Source: Eledone cirrhosa
Taxonomy: Eukaryota
DNA length: 64,000 nt
NCBI GenBank assembly: GCA_964016885.1
Contig: OZ024740.1
Span: 211,482,001-211,546,000 of the forward strand
Direction of reading: 5' to 3'
In this document: positions 51,501 through 64,000 of the stretch, piece after piece
How positions within the stretch are numbered: position 1 is the first letter of the stretch
How the letters are laid out: each line of letters begins with the position of its first letter
Program-made: the position numbers and the translations under genes
The notes under the pieces: generated by a model
What the model saw: the letters and a program-made list of their open reading frames with translations, nothing else
Told to the model about the DNA's origin: nothing
Database searches by the model: none

Positions 51501-52060
51501 CCATTCGACGGTGAACATGTCACATTTTACAGCCCCAAATAACTGACAATTTTTTATTAAAGCCATGAGTTTAGCCAGTTTCAGTCTGAACACTCTGGCA
51601 ATGAGGTCATGTCTGTTCGAATAATTTTGCCCAGGAAAAAGTTCACGGGTTACATCCCGATTCATATGTCTATAGCATTAATCTGCTCAATACGGAACGC
51701 TCCACTGCAGTGTTGTCATATAGGGAGTGAAGAGTGACAGAGAGAGTAAACCAGTTAAATTATAGAGAGAGGGAATATACAGAACGTTCCATTTGATCAT
51801 ACACAGTTTCTCTCTCTGCAGTATTGTCATATAGGGAGTAAAGAACGACAGAGAGAGTAAAGCAGTTAAATTATAGAGAGGGGAATGATCATGATAGATT
51901 TTTGCCCTTATTGTGGATGGATTTGAAATTTTTTTGCCTGATGACCTTTTCCTGACCAAAAGCAATAATTGTCCAGACTTTGAATAGAATCCGTTGGAAA
52001 TTGTGGACGTGCATACGTTACAAACCTTAACACACGCATCCTCAGATTTATATATATAGA
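48518..52060 (-). mobile_element. Helitron, internally deleted and frameshifted RepHel, both termini intact
   Basis: On the minus strand: 5' TC (tctatatatataaa) at 52060 and 3' hairpin cccgagcaacgccggg plus CTAG at 48518, inserted in an A|T site. Rep motifs VEWQKRALPHVHIL and HINVE..SIKYICKYVNKG. Pif1 helicase motifs DAPGGTGKTF, GNFRQTL, AILAPKN and QFPV. Confidence 0.95.
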
Positions 52061-52065
52061 TATAC

Positions 52066-52131
<66 letters not shown>

Positions 52132-52549
52132 TTCTAATTCAATTCAGCATCTAACCCATGCTAGCATGGAAAAATGGACATTAAAGGGTAATAATGATGT
52201 TGATGATGATGATGCCTGATATGTCATTGAATGAAATTGCATCTTGTTTTATCAATAGTTTGTAACGAAAAAGTATCATTAACAATTTTAACATCTAATT
52301 AATGATATATCGTAACGATAACCTTTTATGTTCGTAATTCATAATTCTGTTGGGAACATCAAATGAAATGATTCAACAAATCATTGATACTTCATTATCA
52401 ATTTATTGACATCAATATATAGAATGTCATGGAGATTTCCATGCCAGACTTTGGGAACAATATATCCGATTATTGTCTGTCAAGTTCTCACACACATTTC
52501 ATCTACTATACAATAGAGATATACATTTGTTTCCAAGTTCTTACCCTCC

Positions 52550-52574
52550 ATCCTCCTCCTCCTTCTCGTCATCG

Positions 52575-52623
<49 letters not shown>

Positions 52624-52712
52624 TCTTATCCTTTTCCTTCTTCCGTCTTCTTCCTCTTCTCCTCCTCCTTCTCCTTCCTCTTCTCCTCCTTTTCCTTCTT
52701 CTGTTTCTTCTT
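52550..52712. repeat. Compound (CAT)n / (CTT,CCT)n microsatellite
   Basis: Direct reading. Confidence 0.9.
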
Positions 52713-52717
52713 CAAAT

Positions 52718-52890
52718 CGAGAGATCATAGCTCTGATACTATCAGCATGTAGTTAGAATGTCTCAGGAAAGAATCACTGGACAGATTTTACGGACAAAAC
52801 CAACAGGTAGGAGACCCAGGAGTAGAAGATGGTTGGATAACATCCATGAGCTTGGCTGGTCTCACTTGGGGATCCAGTCGGATCAATTGG
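52718..52890 (+). mobile_element. RTE LINE 3' fragment, same family as 38050 and 60305-63640
   Basis: gagagatcatagctctgatactat...gttagaatgtctcaggaaagaatcactggacagattttac...agatggttggataacatccatgagcttggc. Confidence 0.85.
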
Positions 52891-53244
52891 AGATTTTGAA
52901 AATTAAGAGATTATTTTCCTTTACCATTATAAAGCTGTCACCATTTTTGATAACAAAGGAACACACTAGTCGATTAATATTAACCTAAGTACAACAAAAC
53001 TGCACACATTTTACTCCTTATCACTTATAGTATCACAAAAAGCTGCACATATTTCATATTTTATCACTCATAATCAATTATTAGTTAAGTATAACAAAAA
53101 CTGTACACATTTCACACTTTAACACTCATAATGAATATTAACCCAAATATATCACAAATTTCATACATTAAGCAAATACAAAGATTTATTCTTGCATGTA
53201 AAAAACGCATTACAGATTTTTATTTATCATTAGCTGCAACTATG

Positions 53245-53400
53245 GCTGTGTGGTTAAGGAGATCACTTCACAACCATTGGTTCCATGATCTGACCCACCT
53301 CACAGTACCTTGGACAAGTGTCTTCTACTATAGCCACAGGTCTACCAATGCCTTCTGAGTAGAATTTGGCAGATATACACCAGAGACAGCCATCATACAG
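53245..53400 (+). mobile_element. Degenerate tRNA-derived SINE (third family)
   Basis: tggctgtgtggttaagg head, then accttggacaagtgtcttctactatagcc...ccaatgccttctgagtagaatttggcaga. Confidence 0.55.
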
Positions 53401-53538
53401 ACACACACACACACAAAAAAAAAAAACCTCAGAGATGAAAAGGTAATTACTGGAGTCAATATGATTCTCTTAAGGTGTTCCAGCATGGTTCAATCTGGTA
53501 AAATAATTAGTAGCAAATAAACTTGCTGTCTAGTATCC

Positions 53539-53539
<1 letters not shown>

Positions 53540-53573
<34 letters not shown>

Positions 53574-56500
53574 TCTAATAATGATTTCTTTATTAACCAC
53601 AAGGGTTTAATAATAATTCTAATAATGGTTTCTTTATTGGCCACAAGGACTAACATGAAGAAAAATATTACAGACGGCACAGAACAGTACAGGACGATAC
53701 AAAGTGGGTTTTGGTCGTGTAAACAGGTTATAACAAAATCGGGCTAGAAATCAAAATAATTCAAACAACAAAAAATTCCCTCTGAGAGTCACTTGTGGTG
53801 AAAACCACACAAAAGACCACAGCCACCCTGACCACCAAGGCAAGTGTCCCCGCTCAAGTTTCCCACTCCTCAGCCTACAGGCGTATACTCAGAGCGGGCC
53901 CGTTCACTCGGACCAGATTCGCCACTTTCACCCACCTTTCAACAAACTTACTAGAAGACAGCACTTGCCTCTCCACCCTGATTTTCCTCTTCAAGTGAAA
54001 CTTGAAAAAGTTAATCAGGGATTGGCCGGAGAGGAAAGTGTCGGTCTTCAATCCTTTCAACCTTGTCCACCACACAATCTCTTTCGCCATGGCCACCAGG
54101 CAGATGAAAACTGCCTGCCCTTCCTCCTCTTTAAAGGAGGATGGCAGGGCTATCTGCACAATGGACTCAGTTGATAACCGGATCCGACAGCAATTGTTCA
54201 ACATAGCTTCACAAGTCAGCAATCCTCAGGCACTGAACGAGTGCGTGCAGGACGGTTTCGTCACCCTGCGCGCATCTCGAACAGGCTCGGCTGACAGCAC
54301 ATCCGTGCCTGTAGAGCTTATCCCGAACCGGCAACGCTCCCCGGTAGCACTGCCAGGCCAGGGATTTCTGGAAGTTGTCCATAGGCCCCGTTCTGAAAGT
54401 CCTCTTGGAGAGAGCAAACAGCTGATCGTCTTCAACATCCAGGGTCTCCCCGAGAACGTCGTCGCTCTTTGCCTCCACTAGCCCTCTATAGAACGCCAAG
54501 GTGGATGTTCCACTGATACTAGTGCCCAGCTGGTAGAGGGCAGTGAGCGTTTGGAGACATTCCAGCTTCCAAGCGCTATCCCTCGGTCTTTTCCTGATCC
54601 AGGACTGCAGCTCCGTCAAGGAGACGAGCTGGGGAAAAGCGCATCTGGTAAACGGCGACCACACCTGTTCACCGCCAAGGAAGCACCAGAGATGTCGTAG
54701 CCTCAGCGCATGTTTGCGTATCATCAGCCATGGCATGCCGAGTCCTCCACGCTACCGGTGTTGACAACAAATTGATCGTCTGACCATGGGAGCAGGTCCC
54801 TTTCACAAAAAGCGGAAGAGAAGGCGCTCCATTTTGGTCAGATTTGGGTGGAGGCATGGTACGACGGCCAGGCGGTAGCAGATGACGGACTCTATGTATG
54901 CATTCACCACCTCCGCCCGACATTTCAGAGACAGCTTCCTCTCGGCCCATTTCTGGGTGGGAGAGGCCACCCTGCTCGTCACCTCGCTCCAGATTTTCTC
55001 CATCTGGAGGTCCGGACCGAACCAGACCCCAAGCAATTTAACCGGTCCTTCCGTCCAGTGCTCCACGACGCTGTCGGACGGTATGGACTTGCCTCTCCAG
55101 GTGCCGAGTTGCAAGCCCACCGACTTTTCCTGGTTTATTTTTTCTCCTGTCACCGCTTCGTATTCCTTGAGAGTCGTGCCGAGCATCTGGACGTGTTTGG
55201 TGCTCGACACCACCACGGTGACGTCGTTGGCGTAAGCTGACATGGATATCCCGCATCCCAGTTCGCGTGGGACGCCGCTCATCATCTCCAATTTGTGCAG
55301 TAACGGCTCTAGGGCCAGTACGTACAAGAGGGACAAGAGGGGGAAAACCTGGCGGACCGAGCGCATGATGCTGAAAGGCTGGGACAGGTGACCATTCACC
55401 CTCACAATCGAGCAGATGTCGCTGTGCATCGCAGCGATCCAGCCCCTGAAAAACGGGCCCGAAGCCGGCCGCCTCGAGGACCGCAGCCAGGTACCGATGG
55501 TCGACCCTAGAATTATGGGCCGGAAGTTGTCTATAACGTCCTCCTTGTTCGGGTCTTTTCTCAGCAGCTCCACCGCTCCCCGGCTCACAAAATTGGGAAT
55601 GCTCCCGTTCTGCTGCCAGTTGCAGTAGACATCTGCCAAGAGGTCGCCGAACAAGTGTATGCATAAAGCTCGCAGAGCAGACGATCCAAACCTGGCGATT
55701 TACCCCTCGTGCAGTCAGACATCGCTTCCCATATTTTAGCACTGCTCTGCAGTCGTCGATAGCCGCAGTAGTCCGTCGAGGTATGCAGCGAAGTCCATAC
55801 TCCAATCCGGCCCGCCACCGCTCCCGAACAATCGAGCAAAGTGCCGTTGAAAAGCCGCACACATCTGCTCGAGTTTGAGCAACATGCGCCCGTTTTGATC
55901 AGACAAAGACCGAATTGTGGACTTGTTGGCACGTCGTGCCTCCACCACCCGGGCCCATTGAATGATTAGTTAAGTATAACAAAAACTGTACACATTTCAC
56001 ACTTTGCTCTGATAACGCAGCCTTCATGCTTTGCGTTGAAGAATTGGTCGAGTGCCAATCTCGCCGCAAGCTCGTCAGTTGTGATGCCTGTCCTAAATGC
56101 CTCTTCTAGCTTTCTAACTAGCTCTCCCTCTACTCTATTTTCCTCTATCACTACTCCTTTGCTAAACCTTATTGATTTTACTCTAATAGCCCTTTTCAGG
56201 GTAAACCACCACCTGTTGTTGACGATTGCACCCGTCAACGCACGCTTAACTAATTCGCTAATCCGGTGTCTGTAAGCTTTGCGCGCCGGGAACGACGCGT
56301 TCAGCTTCCAGTAGCCGGGCCCTTGCCTATAGAGTATATCTAAGTGTACTTCACAGATCACAAATTTATGGTCTGTGTAGTCGACTACTTTAAACTGTGA
56401 ACAACCAACTAGCCTTATCTGTTTCCCTACAGAATACCCTATCTAAATACGATCTGGATGACCCGATGTGGTTTCCCTATCCACATCCACTGACTTACCT

Positions 56501-58990
56501 TCTGGGTCCAGGAAGATGGCCCATATGGCGAGATCCAAGCCTCTCGGAAAAAGCACAGCAAGTCTTCCCTCCGATCCTGGACGGCTGGGAGATGCGTATA
56601 CATAGTAGTCGCCGAAGATCGGTGCGAAACTCGTGTTTCGGAGATTCTGGTCTCGCTGATGGCCACCACATCTATGTTTAGTGACCTGAGGTCATTGAGC
56701 AGGTAACCCTGCTTCCAAGATGATCCCAGGCCACCTACATTTATACTGCCTATTCTGAGTACGGCCAAGCTGGATGAGGAATGAGTAAGTGAGAAAGGAT
56801 CACTTACCTTGATCGTGTGAAGAAGGGACAGTAGAACCTTCCCTTCGGCTGGTCATGAGTGTCTCCAAAGTGATATCTGTATATATCCTTTTGGAGACTG
56901 ACCCCCTGAAATCCCCAACGCAGTTGGGGAATTTTTGCTTTAATTGTTTATAGTCTTCCAGTTTAATGTCGACAATTGTAATGTTTTTGGGTAATGTTCT
57001 TGGTGTTGGTGGGGTGTGGTAATTTAAGTCTGAAATATCGGTGTGGTGTTTTATATGTTCCACTAATCCTTTGTGTGCAATGTTTATGGCTGTGTACTCT
57101 TTTTTTGGTAGGCATGGAAGGGGGGGGGGGCAATAAATTGGTTTCTTGTTGTTGCTGTTGGGTGTGTGTGTGCTTTGTTGTGTTTGCGATGGTGTTGTTT
57201 GTGGTGATGCTGGTGGTGGTGTGGTTGTTGTTGGTATTGATGCTTGTGGTGGTGATGGTGACGGTGGTGGTGATGGTGTTGCTGCAAGTCTCCTTACAGC
57301 CTTTACCCCTCTTTCTTTGCCCTCGCTTTTGGAGGGAGAAGCTGTGGTGTTTTTGCGTTTGTTTTTAGTTTTTTGTTGACAAGCGTTTTCCACTCCTCAG
57401 CTGCCTCATACTCCATGTCCGACTGTGAGAGGTCGGGGTGGGGTATGAGTTCTACCCTTTGTTGTTGTTGTTTTTGGTGGTGGTGGTGGTGGTGGAGCCT
57501 GGTTTGCCGCTCCTGGCACAGGTGCAGCTAGTGCAACTGTTTCTGTTGCTGCAGTTGCCGTCACTGTTTTTGTTGTGTCTGGCTTTGGTGTGGGTGCCAC
57601 GGACGTTGTCTTCCTATTCTCTGTAGAAGCTCCTGACTTTTTTGCTGACTGCTCTGTTTCTGATGGCAGCGGTTCCGGCGTTGGAAGGAGGGGGACCTTC
57701 GCTTTTGTTATTTTCTGTGAGCAGAAGGCCCTGAGGAGAGACTTCGATCCACAGTTGAAGCACTTTGGGCGCCTTCCTTCCCAAGGTCTAATATGTCGGG
57801 AATAGCGCTGATGCAGTCCTGGTCGGTTTGGATGAGCATCTCCATTCCAATACCAGACCAGTCCTCTCTCCCCAACTTCTGTACCTGCAGAATGGTTGTT
57901 CTATCCTCGATGCCCACAAGAACAGACAAAACAAGCCAAGGCACGGGTACGTAGGGTGGAACCTGGGTTACCCTGACCTTTGCAATTTTTTTCCCACAGT
58001 AAAACGGGACTAATGATATATCATCACTCCGTAGGGTCCTCAGTGAGTGCGATTTTGCTTCCTGGGTGGTATCAAAAAGAACGTGCACGGCAGCATATGT
58101 CTTGCCTCGGGTGATGTGGGTTTTCTGTGTCCACACAGTTCCAAAGGCCTTCTGGAATTGGGCCTCCGAGGCTCTCTCCACACGATGCGATATCGTGGCA
58201 ATCGTGCGGTATGACACTGTGCATCGCTCTTGTTCCCCCAGGAAGTCGGTTGGTGGTTTCAAGGACACTCAAAATTCAGTTCTGGTTACCATGTGTCTTG
58301 CGACCGCCATCTCCTCCTCTGTAACCAGGACCGTTTCTACGTTGCGAGCCTCCTTTGCAAAAGAGATGGTCCCTTTTTCATTGGCATCATTGTTGCCGCC
58401 ACTACTGCTGCTACTTGTCTTGTTGTTTGTGCTGTTGCTGTTGCTACAAATGATGTTGTTGGTGTTGTTGCTGTTGTCACTGTTGCAGTTGGTTGTGTCT
58501 TTCGTGCCGCCATTGTTGTTGTTCTTGGTGCAATTTGTATTGTTGCTGTTGGTGTTGTCGCTATTTGTTTTCATATTGTTGCATTTGTTGTCATTTTTTC
58601 TGTTGTCTCTATTTTGGTTGTCGCTGTTACTGTTGTGGTTGGTGTGGTCATTTCTTTCAAAATTAGTGTTCTCAATCTTCTTGTCATTGCTGTCTGTGTT
58701 CACGTTGTCTGTGGTGGTGTTTGTTGGATCAATTTCTGTGTTCACCGTAAACCTCCTCTCAACTTTTACATCGTTGTCACACGACAACAGAGATATCGCT
58801 GGGGGGCGTGGCTCAGCCATGTTTTTTTTTTCCGATAATTTTTAAATGTAAAAAGTTCAAATATTTGGGCCAAAAGGCCCAAATATTATACTTTCCCCTT
58901 CACAGACCAAAGTCCAAGGGCTTATATCCCTTACACAACAACATAAATTTAACAATAAATAATTTACGACAGGTAAATAAAGAGACTTAC
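53540..58990 (-). mobile_element. Near full-length L1-clade (Tx1-like) LINE, decayed: ORF1 ~58820-56800, ORF2 ~56768-53875, (ATT)n tail
   Basis: ORF2: APE N-terminus SINVGGL...DVVAISET, GPGYWKLNAS, KSPGLD, NFRPI, SVRQ.FPL.SLLYVLALEPLL, AYANDV, and C-terminal CSRC..GDETVLHALVQC. ORF1: Asn-rich N-terminus, degenerate zinc knuckle KCFNCGSKSLLRAFC (57720-57770) and Pro/Thr-rich tail. Confidence 0.92.
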
Positions 58991-59023
58991 GAGAGCGAGC
59001 AAAAAGATGTCCGATCAGACCAA

Positions 59024-59550
59024 TAATAATAATAATAATACTTTCTTTATTAGCCACACAGGGCTCACATAAAGGAAACATTAAAGACGGTACAGGACGA
59101 TACAGTGTGGGGTTTTCTTTGTGTAAAATAAAATTTATAAAAGAGACTAAGAAAATAAACATTTAAAAACAAACAACAACTTCCCCAAAGTTGTGGAGAC
59201 TCTAAGGGTCACTCGTGTAGAAATCTCACAAAAGCCACGCTCACCCTGTCCGCTAGGGCAAAGTATCCTCTCCCAGTTTTTCTACTCCAATCTACAGGCG
59301 TATACTCAAGGCAGGCGCATTCACATTGACCATGCTTGCTACTCCCACCAAACTTTCAACAAACTGGTTGGAAGGCAGCACTTCCATCTCCATCCTGTGA
59401 AACCTGGAAAGTTAATCAGGGCTTCGCTGAAGAGGAAAGTGGTTGTCTTCAACCCTTTCAAACACCTCCGCCACATGATGTCTTTTGGCATGGCCACCAG
59501 GCAGATAAAGACTGCCTGTCCTCCTCTAAAGGAAGTGGTGTTGAGACCTT
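59024..59550 (-). mobile_element. 3' fragment of a related L1/Tx1-like LINE
   Basis: Similar to 53620-54140 (tacaggcgtatactc, gttaatcaggg, catggccaccaggcagat, tttctttattagccaca), with an (AAT)n tail on the plus strand. Confidence 0.85.
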
Positions 59551-59555
59551 CACAA

Positions 59556-59965
59556 TAATAATAATAATTGTTTCTACTTTAGGCACAAGGCCAACAATTT
59601 AAAGGGGAGGCCAAAGTCGATTAAATCGACACCAATACATTACTGGTACTTTATTTAAGGATGAAAGGCAAAGCTAACCTCGGCAGGATTTGAACTCAGA
59701 CTATAAAGGGCCATAGCTCTATGCTACAAAGCATGATGTCTGACGCGCTAGTGATACTGCCAAACCACTGCCCTACGACAATAATAATTTTCTACTTTTT
59801 TGGCACAAGGCCAGCAATTTCTCAGTGCATTACTGGTACTTTATCATATCGACTTTGTAAGGATGAAAGGCAAAGTTAACCTCGGCAGGATTTGAACTCA
59901 GATCATAAAGGGAGGTAACTATGCTGGAAAGCATGACGTCCCCCCCCCCCCTCTACCGATACTGC
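59556..59965 (-). mobile_element. Two tandem SINE family B copies, reverse orientation
   Basis: tttctacttt..ggcacaaggcc...tactggtacttt..ggatgaaaggcaaag.taacctcggcaggatttgaactcaga occurs twice. Confidence 0.85.
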
Positions 59966-60304
59966 CAATCCACACTTTGTGCAACAATAAACTTGCTAGT
60001 CGATCTATAAAATTGGTTATTTGCTTCTTGAAATAATAGCTTAGATTATCTGGTCTAATCGAAGTTGTAGACAAGAAGACAAACACTAGCCAGATAAATG
60101 TATAGCATGTATATATATATATATATAAGGGGGAACATGAGGAGAAGCACATGTATGTATATATGTGTATATATATATATATCATCATCATCATCATAAT
60201 TTTATGTCCGCTTTACATATATATAGATATATACTCATGTGCTAATAACATTTTCACACACTGTGTTCTAATACTAACATTTAATCAATCAACAACAACA
60301 AAAG

Positions 60305-63300
60305 CTAGAGATCACATCTCCCATACTATGGGCATGTTGTTAGAATGTCTCAGGAAAGAATCACTGGACTTATTTGTAGCTCAGAGATCAGAGAGTCACT
60401 CCAGGTAGAGCCACTACTTCTCTGAATTGAGAGATCATAGCTCCGATACTATGGGCATGTTGTTAGAATGTCTCAAGAAAGAATCACTGGACTTATTTGT
60501 AGCTCAGAGATCAGAGAGTCACTCCAGGTAGAGCCACTACTTCTCTGAATTGAGAGATCATAGCTCCCATACTATGGGCATGTTGTTAGAATGTCTCAGG
60601 AAAGAATCACTTGACTTATTTGTAGCTCAGAGATCAGAGAGTCACTCCAATTAGAGCCGCTACTTCTCTGAATTGATAGATAATAGATCTGATACTATGG
60701 GCATGTTGTTAGAATGTCTCAAGAAAGAATCACTGGACTTATTTGTAGCTCAGAGATCAGAGAGTCACTCCAGGTAGAGCCGCTACTTCTCTGAATTGAG
60801 AGATCATAGCTCCGATACTATGGGCATGTTGTTAGAATGTCTCAGGAAAGAATCACTGGACTTATTTGTAGCTCAGAGATCAGAGAGTCACTCCAGGTAG
60901 AGCCGCTACTTCTCTGAATTGAGAGATCATAGCTCCGATACTATGGGCATGTTGTTAGAATGTCTCAAGAAAGAATCACTGGACTTATTTGTAGCTCAGA
61001 GATCAGAGAGTCACTCCAGGTAGAGCCACTACTTCTCTGAATTGAGAGATCATAGCTCCCATACTATGGGCATGTTGTTAGAATGTCTCAGGAAAGAATC
61101 ACTGGACTTATTTGTAGCTCAGAGATCAGAGAGTCACTCCAATTAGAGCCGCTACTTCTCTGAATTGATAGATAATAGATCCGATACTATGGGCATGTTG
61201 TTAGAATGTCTCAAGAAAGAATCACTGGACTTATTTGTAGCTCAGAGATCAGAGAGTCACTCCAGGTAGAGCCACTACTTCTCTGAATTGAGAGATCATA
61301 GCTCCGATACTATGGGCATGTTGTTAGAATGTCTCAGGAAAGAATCACTGGACTTATTTGTAGCTCAGAGATCAGAGAGTCACTCCAGGTAGAGCCACTA
61401 CTTCTCTGAATTGAGAGATCATAGCTCCCATACTATGGGCATGTTGTTAGAATGTCTCAGGAAAGAATCACTGGACTTATTTGTAGCTCAGAGATCAGAG
61501 AGTCACTCCAGGTAGAGCCGCTACTTCTCTGAATTGAGAGATCATAGCTCCGATACTATGGGCATGTTGTTAGAATGTCTCAAGAAAGAATCACTGGACT
61601 TATTTGTAGCTCAGAGATCAGAGAGTCACTCCAGGTAGAGCCACTACTTCTCTGAATTGAGAGATCATAGCTCCCATACTATGGGCATGTTGTTAGAATG
61701 TCTCAGGAAAGAATCACTGGACTTATTTGTAGCTCAGAGATCAGAGAGTCACTCCAGGTAGAGCCGCTACTTCTCTGAATTGAGAGATCATAGCTCCGAT
61801 ACTATGGGCATGTTGTTAGAATGTCTCAAGAAAGAATCACTGGACTTATTTGTAGCTCAGAGATCAGAGAGTCACTCCAGGTAGAGCCACTACTTCTCTG
61901 AATTGAGAGATCATAGCTCCGATACTATGGGCATGTTGTTAGAATGTCTCAGGAAAGAATCACTGGACTTATTTGTAGCTCAGAGATCAGAGAGTCACTC
62001 CAATTAGAGCCGCTACTTCTCTGAATTGATAGATCATAGCTCCGATACTATGGGCATGTTGTTAGAATGTCTCAGGAAAGAATCACTGGACTTATTTGTA
62101 GCTCAGAGATCAGAGAGTCACTCCAGGTAGAGCCACTACTTCTCTGAATTGAGAGATCATAGCTCCCATACTATGGGCATGTTGTTAGAATGTCTCAGGA
62201 AAGAATCACTGGACTTATTTGTAGCTCAGAGATCAGAGAGTCACTCCAGGTAGAGCCGCTACTTCTCTGAATTGATAGATCATAGCTCCGATACTATGGG
62301 CATGTTGTTAGAATGTCTCAAGAAAGAATCACTGGACTTATTTGTAGCTCAGAGATCAGAGAGTCACTCCAATTAGAGCCGCTACTTCTCTGAATTGATA
62401 GATCATAGCTCCGATACTATGGGCATGTTGTTAGAATGTCTCAGGAAAGAATCACTGGACTTATTTGTAGCTCAGAGATCAGAGAGTCACTCCAGGTAGA
62501 GCCACTACTTCTCTGAATTGAGAGATCATAGCTCCCATACTATGGGCATGTTGTTAGAATGTCTCAGGAAAGAATCACTGGACTTATTTGTAGCTCAGAG
62601 ATCAGAGAGTCACTCCAGGTAGAGCCGCTACTTCTCTGAATTGATAGATAATAGATCCGATACTATGGGTATGTTGTTAGAATGTCTCAAGAAAGAATCA
62701 CTGGACTTATTTGTAGCTCAGAGATCAGAGAGTCACTCCAATTAGAGCCGCTACTTCTCTGAATTGATAGATCATAGCTCCGATACTATGGGCATGTTGT
62801 TAGAATGTCTCAGGAAAGAATCACTGGACTTATTTGTAGCTCAGAGATCAGAGAGTCACTCCAGGTAGAGCCACTACTTCTCTGAATTGAGAGATCATAG
62901 CTCCGATACTATGGGCATGTTGTTAGAATGTCTCAAGAAAGAATCACTGGACCTTATTTGTAGCTCAGAGATCAGAGAGTCACTCCAATTAGAGCCGCTA
63001 CTTCTCTGAATTGATAGATCATAGCTCCGATACTATGGGCATGTTGTTAGAATGTCTCAGGAAAGAATCACTGGACTTATTTGTAGCTCAGAGATCAGAG
63101 AGTCACTCCAATTAGAGCCGCTACTTCTCTGAATTGATAGATAATAGATCCGATACTATGGGCATGTTGTTAGAATGTCTCAAGAAAGAATCACTGGACT
63201 TATTTGTAGCTCAGAGATCAGAGAGTCACTCCAGGTAGAGCCACTACTTCTCTGAATTGAGAGATCATAGCTCCGATACTATGGGCATGTTGTTAGAATG

Positions 63301-63445
63301 TCTCAGGAAAGAATCACTGGACTTATTTGTAGCTCAGAGATCAGAGAGTCACTCCAATTAGAGCCGCTACTTCTCTGAATTGATAGATCATAGCTCTGAT
63401 ACTATGGGCATGTTGTTAGAATGTCTCAGGAAAGAATCACTGGAC
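60305..63445 (+). repeat. 123-bp tandem repeat (~25.5 copies) derived from RTE LINE coding sequence
   Basis: The tcactggac motif recurs at 60361, 60484 and 60607 (as tcacttgac). The unit matches 38160-38270 and runs directly into the LINE remainder at 63446. Confidence 0.97.
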
Positions 63446-63645
63446 AGATTTTACAGGCAAAACCAACCGGCAGGAGATCCCCAGGGGTAGACCCTGAACA
63501 AGATGGTTGGATAACATCCATGAGCTTGGCTTGTCTCGCTTAGGGATCCAGCCTGATCAGTTTGAGATGGTTGCTTCAGACAGGACGCGCTGGAAGGAGT
63601 GGTTGAGGATCTTGCCCCCATGACCCTCACAGGAATAAGTGGGAG
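63446..63645 (+). mobile_element. RTE LINE 3' end continuing from the last satellite unit
   Basis: agattttacaggcaaaaccaaccggcaggaga..ggggtagaccctgaacaagatggttggataacatcc (GRP..RWLDNI)...gacaggacgcgctgg (DR..W). Confidence 0.85.
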
Positions 63646-63800
63646 AAAGAGGAGGAGGAGGGTGAGGAGGAGGAGGAGGAGAAGGAGGAGGAGGAGGAGA
63701 AGAAGAAGAAGAAGAAGAAGAAGAAGAAGAAGAAGAAGAAGAAGAAGAAGAAGAAGAAGAAGAAGAAGAAGAAAAGAAGAAGAAGGGGAGGAGGAGAAGA
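63646..63800 (+). repeat. (GGA)n/(GAA)n microsatellite, possibly the expanded tail of the RTE copy
   Basis: Direct reading; immediately follows the LINE end. Confidence 0.9.
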
Positions 63801-64000
63801 AGTTTCAACCACACCCAAATTTCTGTGGCTATTTATTGCTACAGTTATGAAAATCAAGTGCTTCTGGTGAATCATTTGACTGGAAATTCTTTTGATCATC
63901 CAACCATTACTTGTATACATTGATGAAAAAATTATTGATCAAAATGCTAATGGTTAAACTGGAATTGGTGAAACTAATAGAAGAGAGGGATCAATAAAGA

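Noticed and set aside
52429-52752. Poly-His/Ser/Met ORFs, likewise poly-Arg/Ser/Phe ORFs at 63557-63920
   Set aside because: Translations of trinucleotide microsatellites.
56994-58845. Plus-strand hydrophobic Val/Leu-rich ORFs resembling membrane proteins
   Set aside because: Antisense shadows of the Asn/Thr/Pro-rich LINE ORF1.
60305-63445. CRISPR-like or coding repeat (123 bp = 41 codons)
   Set aside because: No spacers. Two stops per unit in the LINE frame.

Overview
AT-rich, repeat-dominated animal genomic DNA with no intact host gene. The SINE and LINE families look cephalopod or octopus-like (inference). About half the window (4156-37590) is one ~33.4-kb array of a 48-bp tandem repeat (~700 units) with nested higher-order duplications; its long ORFs are artefacts of the repeat. 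The rest is a graveyard of mobile elements: tRNA-derived SINEs, CRE-like, CR1, RTE and L1/Tx1 LINE remnants, a Mariner-type MITE, a deleted Helitron with intact ends, a 123-bp satellite amplified from a dead RTE LINE, and an IPMK retro-pseudogene fused to an RTE 3' end. The most interesting signal is non-coding. Between 39.1 and 45.8 kb lie six type I hammerhead-ribozyme motifs from four unrelated-looking sequence families. Five have unusually long stem II insertions and sit in ORF-less, terminally redundant units next to (TA)n tracts, two of which have measurable lengths (542 bp and ~690 bp). These look like retrozyme-like or Penelope pLTR-derived self-cleaving RNA retroelements.
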